From assembly GCA_951406725.2 (NCBI GenBank), contig OX597814.1, positions 143,778,001 to 143,842,000 of the forward strand: 64,000 bases of DNA, given 5' to 3'. Both the position numbers and the translations under genes were made by a program. The notes below the pieces were generated by a model, which had not been told where the DNA came from, made no database searches, and saw only the letters and a program-made list of their open reading frames with translations. Origin of the DNA: Octopus vulgaris. Its lineage: Eukaryota. Positions 26,031 through 40,414 of this stretch are shown piece by piece. Every line of letters starts with the position of its first letter. Within the stretch, counting starts at the first letter, position 1.

Positions 26031-27704
26031 AGAAAAAGACGGACTATGTAGTATCACGCACTAATAGAGTATTTATTTATTAATTAGTAAATTCTGAATT
26101 TGATTTCAAGTAAGGATTTAATCTAAAAATGAAAAATGACTTTTCATGCTACTTAAACATTTAATCTTTTATTCATTATCTATTCCAATCATTGGACTGC
26201 AGCCATGCTGGGGCACCAACTTGAAAGGTTTTAGTCTAACAAATTAGCCTTAGTACTTATGCTCCGTGGAGTTTTTTGGTAAAAATTTACTCATAAAGCA
26301 TTTAACGTCCCGGGATTATAGTAGAATAGGCTAACCCAAGGTGCAGCACAGTAGGATTCAACCAGAAACCATGCAGTTGCAAAGTAATATTTTAACCACA
26401 GAGGCATACCTTTATATATTTTAACATGCAAATATTTGCTGAAAACGTAATATTATTCAAATAAATATTGCACTCTGCGCTTGAATGATCTTACAAATTA
26501 GTGAGTTGTACGTAAGAATCAACATATAAATAACTTTGAGGGACAAAACTTTCAGAATTAAAGATATTATGCCTTTCTACCAGTGAGACGATTCACCAAC
26601 AGATAAACAAAAAGTACAGATTGCAAAGAATCATCGGCCAAAGTGAAACGCTTAATTGACCAGAATTCATAACTTATTGATAGTTCGTATCTGAATACAG
26701 TCACGTCTTGGGAAGTTGTAATTTCTTTTTACGGTTACTATCGAAACTAGCAAACAGAGAACAAGGTCCGATAGCTGTCAGGATTGCTGGCGAATTTCCG
26801 AATAAGTTTCATTTAGACCATCATATCTTGATCTTTCCTGATAAACAGGTGAGCAATGCTGTCTCCGCTAACAGTTCCTACCGAATCCCTATAACACGAT
26901 TGTTTCAAAAAGAGGTGAATAATATCCCAAGCCACTTTCGTACAAGTTTGCTGCTACATACTTCCAGTTGGTCAAACTTGTATCTTCCAGTACAGCCAAT
27001 CACCGCTGAACTTTTTAAAGTTTTTAATTTCAAAAGGCCTTCCAGCGCAGAAATTGATTCTTGTGTATAGATCCAGCAAAGAACTATATTCTCTCTATCT
27101 TCACATTCAACAGCTTTCTTCCTGGGGGGAACAGAAATTGACCGATCCTCAGGTTTTACCACAGATTCTTCTTCTAGACAGCTTTTTAAACAAAAATAGA
27201 AGTTCTCACTAGTTCACCATTAAAAATGTATTTCTACGTTCGCGTACAGTTGCTAGATAGTCGTGAACTGCAGGTTGGTTGGGATCATCCGTTCTTATGA
27301 CATTATTTAGTTGGGTTTCTAATAACTTTACATAACAGGAAAACGTGTCGGGGAATTGGTTTTGTCACCGACGATACTATTTTGCAACTGGTTGTATCGA
27401 ATCACATGTCATCATTACCACAAGTGAACGACATAACTCAAGGTCACGTGAATACCAACAGGACTTAATCCATGGGAAACATCTATGGTCATGTCGAATT
27501 TACATAAAACTGTAATGTCTTCTCCGACATTTTATCTCTATTTTGCTGTGATTTGAGTCAATATCAACTTTATATTTGTGCGCACGTGTTTGTGCGTGTG
27601 TATGTGTGTGAGAGAGAGAGAGAGGGGGGGGTAGATACGTACGTACGTATAAATAAAAATATACATACAGTTATAAACACATTCATACACACATACGCGT
27701 GTGC

Positions 27705-27772
<68 letters not shown>

Positions 27773-27880
27773 GCATATATATATATGCATATATATATAT
27801 ACGTATATAAATACAAACATATATACATATATACATACATACATATATACATACATACTTACATACATATATATATATAT

Positions 27881-27913
<33 letters not shown>

Positions 27914-28049
27914 TATACTTTGAGCTTTTACACATATACATGCGTAGATATTCAAGGTATATTACTACCAACGTAGAAAACATTCCAAAGGAAATGTTGA
28001 AGTGTTAACAACGAATTTCTGTTAGATAAATAAATATAGATAAATATAT

Positions 28050-29170
28050 ATTCCAAGATGGCAGAAAAAGTCATGCAAATATTGAAATTATATGAATTGC
28101 TTATAAAAAGGATTGTGCCATGATTCCAAGTTAATAAAATTCCTTTACGCTGTGGAGAATACTGAGGTTAAGAAAATCATTTTTAAAGGTTATGAGAATA
28201 TGGAAAATAAATTTGAGCTATTCTGAAAAAGTTAAAAGTTATAGATCAACGAAGGATCTCTCAGAGTGATTGCTTATCTTCTTCGCTTTTTGCAATGTAT
28301 ATTATACTTTAAGGAGTTCAACAAAGGATGTTAAGAAATTAAAGACCAGCATTCGTAAAGTAAATAGCTTACCTTTAAGGGATAAATTGAAACTGTTCAT
28401 AAAGAATGAACATCAAATGGATGTTTTAGTAGAAACACGACTTGGATTTAGAGAAAATATTAAAACAGGAGGTGGGATTTAATAGCGTAAAGTTTTAATA
28501 ATAAATATAAGATGAAAGCTGGTTGAATATAACGGATAGATTTATGAGGTAAAAATAATAATAAACAGGGCAGATACAGAAGTTTATAAATACTTAACTG
28601 ATCTAAAAGAGATAAGCGAAACTTAATATGTCGGAATATTTGGTATAGGATTGCTTCAGAAAGTTAAAGCCAGTACTTACTTGCTATTAACGTATGATCC
28701 TTATGTATTGTAAGGTATAGGATAAACATGGGGAAATGGAATAAAGATAGGTTCAGCTTACGTAATAACACTCGAAAAGCAATGGTGATATATTAAATAT
28801 ATCACTGTTCAAGTCCGAAAACGATATTAAAATCTACATAGCTCTTAAAATAAGAAGAAACAGAATTAATTATACGTGAAGGATATATACAAAGCAAAAA
28901 GGGGGGAAAAAGGGTTACCCTGGTATATACGTAATGCTATAGAACCACTGTTAGAAAAGATTCGGAAAGCTATAATAGTTAAAGCTTACGAATTTATGGT
29001 ATCCTGTTAACTCAAGAGGAGAGATCTTTAAAAATCAGAATACACTTGGCAAGCAAACATGTGTGAACGGTTCGATAGGGCAGCGGAAGAATGTGTAGAG
29101 AGGAATGAAAAACCTAGACATAAATCCTGAGAATAAAGCAATGTTCTTCAGAGCAGAAGACAGACTCTAA
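28050..29170 (+). mobile_element. Degenerate L1/Tx1-like LINE ORF2
   Basis: SKRG.K.G.P...AIEPLLEKIRK..IVKAY RT motif remnants; multiple stops. Confidence 0.5.
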
Positions 29171-29671
29171 GAACACTTCCAATCACATGAAATTTCATTA
29201 ACACAAAATTGTGTTTTTGGTGTTTTTGTTTTGTTGCTGTTTAGCTTTCATATCGCGAATGAGCGAGCCAACCTAATGATCAAAATCATTCCAGCCGTGA
29301 TTATTCTTTTCTCTGTACATCCAGGACTGTTTTATCCAAAAAGACATAAATACGGTAAAAACGCTAAGCTATTATTTAAAGGAAATTTAGCATATATTTC
29401 TAGTAAGTCGAGTTTCCACATAATGGCTCCCTGGTTGACTTAGTGAAAGGAGATTTGCTAAGTGGATGTTGTAAATTATTTCAGAGGCAATATAAGAAAA
29501 TGAATAATGAAGTATTGTCAACTTGGAATTCAATGGAAAGCATGGGCCAGAAAGGAAAGAAAGATAGGAACAGCAGCAGCCCACTATGGTAGAACATAAG
29601 GGCATACAATCCTACGTTATCCAATTCTACGTTAAGACGAAGAGTAAGGGATTTAATGTCTTCATAATCTA

Positions 29672-31248
29672 TCAGGTCATCCCATAAGTAATGTTCGAAA
29701 TATCATATATGCTATTTCTATCAAATTATACAGTATTCTAAAATGTGGTATAGATTGATACTCAAACGAATTTCGAAACATTTAACTTAATATGAATTCT
29801 TTTAACAGAATGATTTGACTAAATTAATTACGAATATTAACCCCTCAAAGATGGATATATCGAAGGAGCATTTAGGGCACATAATGCTCCATGAGTTCAT
29901 AAAGGGGAGCAACGCAGCAGAAGCAACCGGTATTATCCGTTTTCTTTATGGTGAAGAGTGCTTCAACGAAAGAAGTTGCAGAAGGTCATTTGTAAAGATC
30001 ATAAATTGTGATTTCAGCCTAAGAGTGAGGCCACAAATAGAACGCCCTATTTGAATTTGATGATGTGCTTCTTTTGCTAGCGCCTGAGAAGGATAATGCT
30101 GTGTAAGTTGAAAAATTGGCAACCAAGCTCAATTTAAGTCATTCAATTGTTCACTGTCATCTTCAACACCTTGGAAAGGTGCCCAAAGTCGGAAAATGGG
30201 TTCCCTATGATTTGACATAAGCCAACCGAAAATCACGAATGGATATCTGCTCATCTCTTTACTCTCGTGAACGTACCTCACCATTTGTGGACAGATTAGT
30301 AAGTGGTGAAGAAAAATTATATTTTATGAAAATGTAAAATGATGCAAGCAATGGCAGCATTTCAACCCAGAATGTAAAGACAGATGAAATACCTCTAAGT
30401 ATTTTGCCCAGCATACTAATGATTCTGCCATCTCACCGCCTAAACCCTTTAGCGTTTAAACCCACCATATCTGGTCCAATTATTCTTCCTGTTTTATGTT
30501 TAAACTGGCCAGATCCAGTCTCTCATACATAACCTACAATGTCATTCTAAAAATAAACAATCGCTTCATTGAAATCTCAAAGCTACAAGCTAATGCATAA
30601 TTAATTCAAAGCAATGTGAATAAATAAACATAACATTTCATAGAGTAAGCGAAATGCTAAAGGGTTAGAACAGGCTAAACTACAACCCCAAAAGGCCTCC
30701 ATTCAAAGAAGGCTTTTCTCTCTGATGGGAATGCATTGGAGTCATCCACTTTGAGTTGCTACCAACTAATGGAACAATTACTAGTCACACCTGTTACTAA
30801 CAATTAGCACGTTTGGACACTGCTTTGAAGATGAATGGCCTGCTTCGGTGAATCGTGTGGGAGTGGTGGTTCATCATTATAATGCAAGGCGCCACACTGC
30901 GAAGTTTACATTAGAAAATATCAAAGAACTTGGCTGGTAAAAAAATCCGTCCCCCAACTTATTCTCCAGACCACGCTCCTTCTCATTACCATTTGTTTAG
31001 AAGCTTACTGAATCATTTAGATGGATTAGTACTCTGAATCCCCAAAGAGGTCGAAACTAACCCCTCCTTTCTTCTCATCAAAATCAAAAGGGATTTTTGC
31101 AAATTGAATTTTAAGGAACTGATGAGTAGATGGAAGGAAGTCATAGATAATGATGAGAATTATATACAGAATTAAATTTTGATAAAATGTAAAATTAGAT
31201 CACTATTTTCGTACTCAAAATTCAGGCATTACTTATGGGATGACCTAA
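29672..31248 (+). mobile_element. Full-length degenerate mariner transposon
   Basis: TIR TCAGGTCATCCCATAAGTAATG / CATTACTTATGGGATGACCTAA with TA TSDs; HIMLHEF..G..AAEA, GKWVP, NARPHTA, YSPD.APS.YHLF motifs; nested SINE+MITE at 30355-30667. Confidence 0.9.
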
Positions 31249-31589
31249 TATAAGAGACTGTGAAACTGGTCTTAATGAGCGAGAAATTTGAAGAAGTTTC
31301 AGGACTTCAAGTGAAAGATTGAAAATATTAATAATAATACTGAATATTACTAATGGTATCAACTGACGAAAATGTTTAATTTAAAACAAATCATTTACAT
31401 GATAATCCTAATCAAAATTTTTATGAATATAACTAACCTAGTGAAATCATAACTCCAGCTAATTGAGTCAATGAGTCTCTGAAGTTTGTCAGTACTGAGT
31501 CGATGGAGTCACCAGTGCTTTGTCAGTAGTGTGCTTGAAGTGTACGTGTGCGACTGTGTACTAAGTTCACATATTCCATACACCTTCTT

Positions 31590-31750
31590 AAAGCCAAGAA
31601 ACTGTATAAACATCGCAAACAACATTTGCTATATTTGCTGTGACTTAACAGTCAAATCACAAAGATAGCGTTTCACGATATTGATTAAAAAGTGCTACAT
31701 GTATTATTTTGATTGCAAAGTGGGTGACCAGGATAAAAGCTGGCCGAATC
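31590..31750 (+). mobile_element. DNA transposase N-terminal fragment (Chapaev3-like)
   Basis: RNCIN..NNICYIC...QR....IKKCY.YYFDCKVGDQDKSWP; superfamily assignment from memory. Confidence 0.5.
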
Positions 31751-32706
31751 TTGTGGTGTGAAAAATTAACACATAACAACGTGGGGCACAGACGTGGGTG
31801 AAGTGAAACACAACACAGCGTGCGGTTGTCATGATAACAAGCTGTTAATGCCTCAAATAACATCAGATTCTTTAATTTATGAAATAAAATGATTTGGTTG
31901 ATCGTTATGAAAATTCAGAGTTGCATCGATACACCAAAATTGAAAGCAATCTGAGCAAAATTAAAGGGAACTGATTTTGTGAATCAGTTTAACTAGATCC
32001 GAAGCACTGGGGTCGATATAACTAACCCCCGAAATTGTCGGCTTGTACCAAAATTTTAAACCAATATTACTACATTAATAGAATATAAACAGCAAAAATG
32101 TTGGTTACGAAGAAAAGTGAACCTACTCATATAGAAATATCAAAACCCCTTAGTGACATGGAAAGCAAACATACAGCAAAAAAAAAAAAAAAAAACACAG
32201 AAAAGGAAACATCACTTGTGATTTTGATCGATAACGAACTGCTACAACTAAAAAAAATGTGAGGCGAAAATAGCACAGAAATATAATAGCATAGGAAAAA
32301 GTATTCAGAATAAGAGAACACTTGAAACAAATGATCTCTAAATTGCATGGTAAGCGACAACAATTCTTTGAACAAAAACATCTGTTCAACTCCATCCAGC
32401 ACAAACATAAAATTTTGAAGTATTGAAAACTAAATGAAAATAAAATACAAAAAAACCACTGCAACACCAACGAAAATCTTATCTTTTTCAGTTACTAGAC
32501 AACGACCATGCTGTGGCATCGACTTGGAGGGTTTAGAGGAACATATCGACTCCTGCAGTTATAGTTTTGAGTCTGGTGCTTTATTCTATTGTTTGTTTTG
32601 ACCGAACCGCTAAGTTACGGAGGCGTAAGCAAACCAACACGAGTTGTCGAACGGCTGGGAAGGACAAACACAAATGGAAAAATATCTAAACACACACACA
32701 CAAACG

Positions 32707-32768
<62 letters not shown>

Positions 32769-33260
32769 CATAGATTTATATATTTATAGATGAAGCTAAC
32801 GATGACGACGAGGAGAAATTTGCCACGAAATTCAATGACAATAATGAGATGATTTCCGAAAGCTTTTGTATTTTGCCTTTCTTTTCCTTTTTTACAAAAT
32901 AATAAATAATAACATTTGTTGAATCCGGAACAAGGCCCACACCTTATATAAATAACTAAAATTGTCCATTCACATCTGTGATAAAATGATATGTGTTTTC
33001 CTCGTCAAGTACATAAAACAATGTGATCTATTCAGATAAGTCCAGCAACAATTTTATAGTATCTAATTGAGCAGCGAAGGTTAGATAACGTTTTAAAATT
33101 TCAATGTATACAATAGGTGTAAGTGTGGATGTGTGGTAAGAAATTTGCTTCCCAGCTACATGATTTCAGGTTCAGTCCCACTAAGTATTTTCAACTATAA
33201 CCTCAGCCCGACCAAAGTCTTGAGAGTAGATTTGGTAGAGAAAAACTGCAAGAATCCTGT

Positions 33261-33307
<47 letters not shown>

Positions 33308-33719
33308 TTGTGTTTGTTCCCCACCACCGCTTGTCAATCGATGTTGGTGTGTTTATGTCCCCGTAACCTAGCGATACAATATGCACCGGGTTTTAAAAAC
33401 ATAATTCCTGGGAGCGATTTTGTTCCACCAAAACCCTTCAAAGCAGTTCCTAAGCTGGCTGCAGTCAAATGACTTAGGATACACGCTATGCTAAAGTTTA
33501 GAGTTTATTCTTTTTCTCTGTCCAGCATCACGCGAACATACAAACTAGCAGGGTCACACACAGGACGACCAGCAAACTAGTTCTCAATTACAATCAGGAT
33601 GTAAAGGCAGTATCATCCGCCACTTCAACAACCTTTATGTAGATTGTCGTGATACTCAAATACTGCGTTTTAAAATACTTCAGTATATCCGCAGTATTTG
33701 CGTTGTGTTTTAGTACAAT

Positions 33720-33985
33720 GGAATTTGAACTCAGAATGTAAATTTGGAAGAAATACCTATTTCTTTACTACCCACGAGGGACTAAACTCAGAGAGGACAA
33801 ACAAGGACAGACAAACGGATTAAGTCGATCATATCGACTGCGTAACTGGTACTTATTTAATTGACCCCGGAAGGATGACAGGCAAAGTCGACCTGGGCGG
33901 GATCTGAACTCAGAACGTAGCGGCAGACGAAATACTGCTAAGCATTTCGCCTGGCGTGCTAACAGTTCTGCCAGTACGCCGCCTT
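33720..33985 (-). mobile_element. Meta-domain-like SINE
   Basis: Reverse complement of family consensus seen at 22419. Confidence 0.75.
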
Positions 33986-35167
33986 GAGTAGCACCTATAT
34001 TGCTAGAAATAAGAGTTAGAAATCTTTAAGGCTTATGTGTGTGCGTGTGTGTGTATTTATGATTGTTTCTTTCAGTTTCCCTATATCAAGTTGACTCATA
34101 CACTCACAAGGCTTTTGTCATTCTGGAACTATGTGTGTTTGGGAAGTACGCTTCTTGTCACGCAGCCATACCTAGCTCAGTTAGAGGATGGACGGAAGAC
34201 AAGAAAACACTCATGACCGTTTCAAGTGGGAAAAGAGACGAAGAAAATCACAAGACGTGATACATTGCCGCCTCAATGTTTAAAACAGGATGTTAAAGGC
34301 AACATGGACTGAGTGGTCGTGTTTAGCCGGGTGTCATATTTAATCTACCAATACGTACCATATTATCCATAACAGTAATTATCTTATTTCAAATTTAACG
34401 CAAATTCACAGGGTTGCTGAAAGGGATTGTTGATTACTTAAGTGATATCAGTGCTTATTCGATAAAAGAAACATTGGGGGAATGTTAAAATTTATGGTAT
34501 TTGTAAAATAGACGAAATTTTACAATTTTACATAATTTTTAGAGGGGGTAGAATAGTTGATTAAATCGATCCCAGTACTTGACAGGTACTCTATTTTATC
34601 GACCCCGATAGGATAAAAGGTAAAGCGTATCTCGGGGAGATTTGAACGTGGAATGTAAAGAGTCAGCAGAAATATTACAAGATATTTTTTCCTGATGCTT
34701 CAGCGATTCTGCCAGCCTACAGTCTAACGGCGATAGCTACAACAATTATAATAATAATAATAATAGGTTTCCTATTTTGACACAAGGTCAGTAATTTCGG
34801 GGTCGGGGCTAAATCAATTGACCCCAGTGCTCAACTAGTACTTATTTTATCGATCCTAATAGATGAAAAGCAAAGTCGACCTCGGTGGACTTTGAACTCG
34901 GAACTTAAAGATGGACGAAATGCCACTGAGCATTTCGTTCGGGCCACAAGGCCTGATAATCTGGTGGTAAGGGCTAGTCAATAATAAAAATATTAATAAT
35001 AATAATAATAATAATAATCCTTTCTCCTGGAAGCACAAGGCCTCAAATTTAGGGGAAAGGGATTAAGTCGATTGCATCAACTCCAGTGCGTAGAATGAAA
35101 GGCGAAGTCGACCCCGGCGGAATTTCAACTCAGAACGTGCAAGCGATTCTGCAAGCTTGCCGCCTTA

Positions 35168-35266
<99 letters not shown>

Positions 35267-35382
35267 CAAAGACAGGAGTACTGTTGAAATATCGTTCAAC
35301 TAATAAAATATCTTACAATCGAATCGTGCTCTTCGTCCTGACTGTTTACCTTTGTGAAGAGTTAGGTCAATCCTTTTTTAGA

Positions 35383-35449
<67 letters not shown>

Positions 35450-35705
35450 GATGATGATGATGATGATTTTCTTATTAACCACAAAGTGTTTACAAATGAA
35501 TCGCGGACGTTAACTGGACTATACAATACAATGTGATATGATGTGAAATGAAGCAGTGTACAAGAAAAAGAAGAACAAGAACAAGAACAAGAACAAGAAC
35601 AACAACAACAACAACGACGACGACGATGACGACGACAACGACAACAACAACAACAGCAACAACAACAATAACAATAATAAAAATAACAACAGCAACAATG
35701 AGAAA
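35168..35705. repeat. Compound (AAT)n/(GAT)n/(AAC)n/(AAGAAC)n microsatellite in integrin intron 1
   Basis: Direct inspection; representative of dozens of (TA)n, (CA)n, (AAT)n, (GAA)n tracts in the window. Confidence 0.9.
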
Positions 35706-35734
35706 AATGATAATAACAACGAGAGTTAACCAAC

Positions 35735-35819
35735 CTGAAAGGCTTGCAACTAATATCCAACAATATATACTCAATATAAAGAACTTCGTGTAGTATACAT
35801 TTTGCATTTGCGTTGCCAT
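35735..35819 (-). CDS. ITGB: Integrin beta subunit, coding exon 1 (signal peptide MATQMQNVYYTKFFILSIYCWILVASLS-G)
   Basis: ATG at 35819, hydrophobic leader, donor CAG|GTTGGT in phase 1 matching the phase-1 acceptor of the PSI exon. Confidence 0.75.
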
Positions 35820-36001
35820 ATTAGCAAGTAGCAAAACAAGAACACTACAGACCTAAGTACTGTGGGTGCGTTGTTTTGCCTTTGAATCTGATGACAAATC
35901 TCTATTATAAAAATCTTAAGTGATATACTTAAATTTATTCAAGAGCCTTCTCTATTTTTCACATTATTCGTTTATATTTCCGTTCATGCACCTGCAAGCA
36001 G

Positions 36002-36011
36002 GCGCATGCGC
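36002..36011. promoter_or_regulatory. NRF1/EWG-type palindrome GCGCATGCGC upstream of integrin ATG
   Basis: Exact GCGCATGCGC ~185 bp 5' of the start codon in very AT-rich DNA; function inferred. Confidence 0.3.
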
Positions 36012-36355
36012 ATTTTTGTAGCTCGTATTTTATAATACTTAATTTAACATCCTGTGCAACTTCAAGTATGTCTGTTTTGAAATGCGCGTCTGATTTTTGT
36101 TATATTTAGCTACACATAAAAAAAAAACCCCAAAAAACTATTGGACATATCGAATTTTTAGTGAATATTTTCGTGGTTTACTCATAAAATATATAAATGG
36201 ATAATACTCTGTCAACAGATATATTATGTAGATGCTATTTTATCGGTTTTATTGTACCTCTGTGTATGTTCCTTATTGCAGTCTTGGGTTGACGTTGTGG
36301 CTGGAATGTTAGTCAGAAATAGGCGGAAGCTCCTCATGCCTCATATGTATGTATG

Positions 36356-36389
<34 letters not shown>

Positions 36390-36707
36390 TGTATGTATGT
36401 ATGTATGTATGTATGTATAAGTGTGTGTATATAATTATGCCTGTGTGTGTGTGTGTGTTTGTGAAAAAAATATATATGAATATGTTTCATATCTATTCAT
36501 ATATATCATACAAGCAGTGTCCTCTTCAAGAACATTTACTTGCTCCAGTATTACAATCCAATATGTATATGGTGTTGTTGCATTTACTCCACAAACGCTT
36601 TGTCGTCAATGCTGCACTTGCCCCATATCACTTGTTTCAGCATAACTGAAATATATATGTACAAACTATGCCATTTAAATCCAGACCAACGCCAAGTATC
36701 ACTGCTA

Positions 36708-36793
<86 letters not shown>

Positions 36794-37101
36794 GGGGGGG
36801 GAGCACTCCGTCGGTTACGACGACGAGGGTCCCAGCTGATACGATCAACGGAACGGCCTGCTCGTGAAATTAACGTACAAGTGACTGAGCAATCCACAGG
36901 CACGCGTGCCCCTAACGTAGTTCTCAGAGAAATTCAGCGTGACACAAAGTGTGACAAGGCCCTTTGAAATACAGGTACAAATCATTTTTGCCAGCTGAGT
37001 GGACTGGAGCAACGTGAAATAAGGTGTCTTGCTCAAGAACACAACGCGTCGTCGGGAATCGAACTCACTATCTCACAATGGTTAGTGGTTAGGGCATTCG
37101 G

Positions 37102-37133
<32 letters not shown>

Positions 37134-37136
37134 ATT

Positions 37137-37173
<37 letters not shown>

Positions 37174-37181
37174 ATATATAT

Positions 37182-37230
<49 letters not shown>

Positions 37231-37233
<3 letters not shown>

Positions 37234-37868
37234 TTCAGTAAAATTTCGATTCAGATGAATATAGTACTTAAGTTAAAGGCACCAGAATTTAGTATGGTAT
37301 TATCCATATAATTCAAAATGGGGTGATTATAATCAAAATAAGCAACAAGGATATCCAGATGTAATGCAGTACGATCGTTTCATGCGACTCCATTAAATTG
37401 AACAATGCAAACATTTCATCAATTTAAAATGTAGAGCAATTTTCAGCTGCATAAAAATATAGAATTTAGTTAAAAAAGGACTCATTTGTATAATTTTCTT
37501 TTTATCCAAAATCCCCAAGAGGATAAGGAGATAGACAAAGAGCTTACTTTATGTACGACACCACAGTTGTAACAGATTTTTTCAAAAAAAGTCACTGCTT
37601 TTCACTGATTATTTCTGCTATTTAGAATCTAAATAACAGAAATAATCAGTGATAAGCAGTGTCTTTATTGAAAAAATCTCAGTTTCAACTGTGATGCCGT
37701 TGATAAAACATGTTCTTTGTCTATCTACTAATCCTCTTGGTGATTTTGGATAAAAAGAAAATTATACAAATGAAAATTATACAAATTATATAGGATTAAG
37801 TAAATTCTATATTTTTATGCAGCTGAAGATTGCTCTATATTTTAAATTGATGTAATGTTTGCATTGTT
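37231..37868 (-). mobile_element. Penelope-type terminal segment folded into ~470-bp imperfect palindrome, with hammerhead motif (37364-37452)
   Basis: Shares TGGGGTGATTATAA, AAGCAACAAG, GTAC.ATCGTTTCAT with 45415-45585; arms 37401-37626 / 37628-37868. Confidence 0.7.
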
Positions 37869-37906
37869 GAGTCAAATGCTTATTTTAATATATATATATA
37901 TATATA

Positions 37907-39617
37907 CTAGCATTATGACCCGTCGTTGCCGGGTCATAGTGCTAGTGCATATATATATGTGTATATATATGTGTACATATTACATGTACATCTATATATA
38001 TACATCTACACATAAAATACAAAATACAAAGTTATATCTTGATATCGCTAGTGATAACAATACTCAAAATATATAAAAGACTGGAATTGTAGGCCCGTCT
38101 CTTGCAATTTCGATCAATTGTATCTTGTCCTCCCTCTTGTATAGAAGTGTGGCTACAATCCAGCCTACATCTACTTCTGGGGAGACATTTTAAATTTTTA
38201 TCCGGGACGTCCTATGTCCCAGATATAATGGTAAAAATAAAATATTTCCACTTTGCAAGGTTCAAGTCAAGTACTCCCTTGCACGCTCCGTTGACTCGAA
38301 CCTTGCTTCTATTGTGGCAAATTTACCGCCTCTGGTTAGATATCTTTCATAGTCGCGCCAAGAAACTTTTCGATGGTGCTTTCCTCCAGGTGTTCTTTTT
38401 TTTCTCTACATTGTATACTTTATAGACAATAGTCTTTTCTTTAATTTAATTTTTTACTTCGTTTGGTGGTGTTATCCTAGATTCACCGTCTTTGTCGGTG
38501 ATCAATCCGAAATAGGTTTGTATTTCTTCCATTTTAATTTTAATGAGTTTGCGCCCGCCGACGGCTGCAGCGAAATTCATTTTTGGACTTTCTTCTATCA
38601 AAGGCATTCTAACAAAAATGCTTCCGTGTAAACGGTGAAAATATTGTCAATTTCCACAAACAGGGACACAATTAAATTTTTAAACAATAACCAAAGCTCC
38701 TTCTTCCAAGGGGGGGGGGTTTACAGTTTACAAATGCAACACAACAACGTTTCCCTTACGAGGAACCAACAAACGTGATAACAATAGTTAAACAGTAATA
38801 ATAATAACAACAAACCTTACGGTGAATCAAAAAGCAGTACGCAGTTGAAGCTATAGTCCTTTATGCATAAGAAATAAACCAACAGCAGTACTCAGTAGAA
38901 GCGTCTGTTCGAGAAAACAGACATTACATGCAGCCAAACTTCATATAGATACTTAATGCTAGCTAATTAGCAGATAATCTAATGTAAAAGCCGTGGTAAA
39001 CGGTATGTGCACACCTCCATCTGGACTATTCGATTTCTGCACACTAATTTTATTTTTAATTTATTCCCATTCATGTGAAACCACTTATTCAAGTTCAAGA
39101 CATTGATGCAATTTTATACCAATTGTTATTTTTATTTTTGTTATGTTACGATTATATTATACTTTAGTTTGATTTTAATTATTACTTACTACATATAATT
39201 CAATTGTTATTATTATCTCTAATTTTTATTGTTAAAGTGAAAGTATTTGACATAAAATAGAGAAATGTTTTTGTTTCACTTTTAACACGTAATACTGAAA
39301 TAGTGGAGAAGATATGATATTGCTATGGGCTCGCCCTAGGCAAGAAGTTGAACATTTTTTTTGCCCATGAAACTACATGAACCCTAAGTAAGGCATGTGT
39401 AAAATTTGAATGAAATTGGTTGTGTAGTTCTGAAGTTTTAGGGAATCGTAGTGGAGAAGATATGATATTGCTATGGGCTGGCCCTAGACAAAAAGTTAAA
39501 AATTTATTTTGCCTAAGTAAGGCATGTGTAATATTTGAATGAAATTGGTTGTGTAGTTCTCAAGTTTTAGGGAAACACACAGACAGACAGACAGACAGAC
39601 GGACACATATTCTCAGT

Positions 39618-39620
<3 letters not shown>
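37907..39620 (-). mobile_element. Non-autonomous Helitron carrying a LINE ORF1-like fragment
   Basis: 3' hairpin ATGACCCG..CGGGTCAT + CTAG|T in (TA)n; 5' (GTCT)n end; internal direct duplication 39301-39575. Confidence 0.7.
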
Positions 39621-39686
<66 letters not shown>

Positions 39687-39927
39687 GCATGTGGCTTAGT
39701 GGTTAGGGTGTCAGTATCATGATCGTAAGATTGTGGTTTCGATTCCTGGACCGAGCGACGCGTTGTCTTCTTGAGGAAAACACTTTATTTCACGTTGCTC
39801 CAGTCCACTCAGCTGGCAAAAATGTGTAACGCTGCGATGGACTGGCGTCCCTCCCAGCTGGGGAACACATACGCCATTGAAACCAGAAAACCGGGCCCAT
39901 GAGCCTGGCTAGGCTTTAAAAGGGCGC

Positions 39928-39981
<54 letters not shown>

Positions 39982-40246
39982 AATGTGTGTGTGTGTCTAT
40001 CTGTCTGTCTGTCTGTCTGTCATTCTATATATGTCTGCCCTTTTCATAAGCCTCTACCAGTTAATTGACGTAACATTGCATACTTCCTATCTGCCTACAC
40101 GTTGCATGTATTAGAAGTGCATAAGAAAACACTGATCAGTTGAAATTACGTCCTTAGAGATGCTCGATCTCCCCTTAAGCCATTGGTGGAGTAATTACCC
40201 CTCCTATTTTTTGTAAAAACCTAAATGTTGCCCTAAAAGGGTGTAA

Positions 40247-40302
<56 letters not shown>

Positions 40303-40414
40303 TTTGTGAAATAGGCTGACTGTGTGCTGTTAGTTTTAGAGTAAAAGCTGATATAAAGCCCACACGTCTGAGAAGATGATGTCTAAATCAGCTGCTTTGT
40401 GAAGCTGCACGTTA

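Noticed and set aside
26560-27330. Possible LINE ORF1 remnant on minus strand
   Set aside because: Similarity too weak to assign by eye
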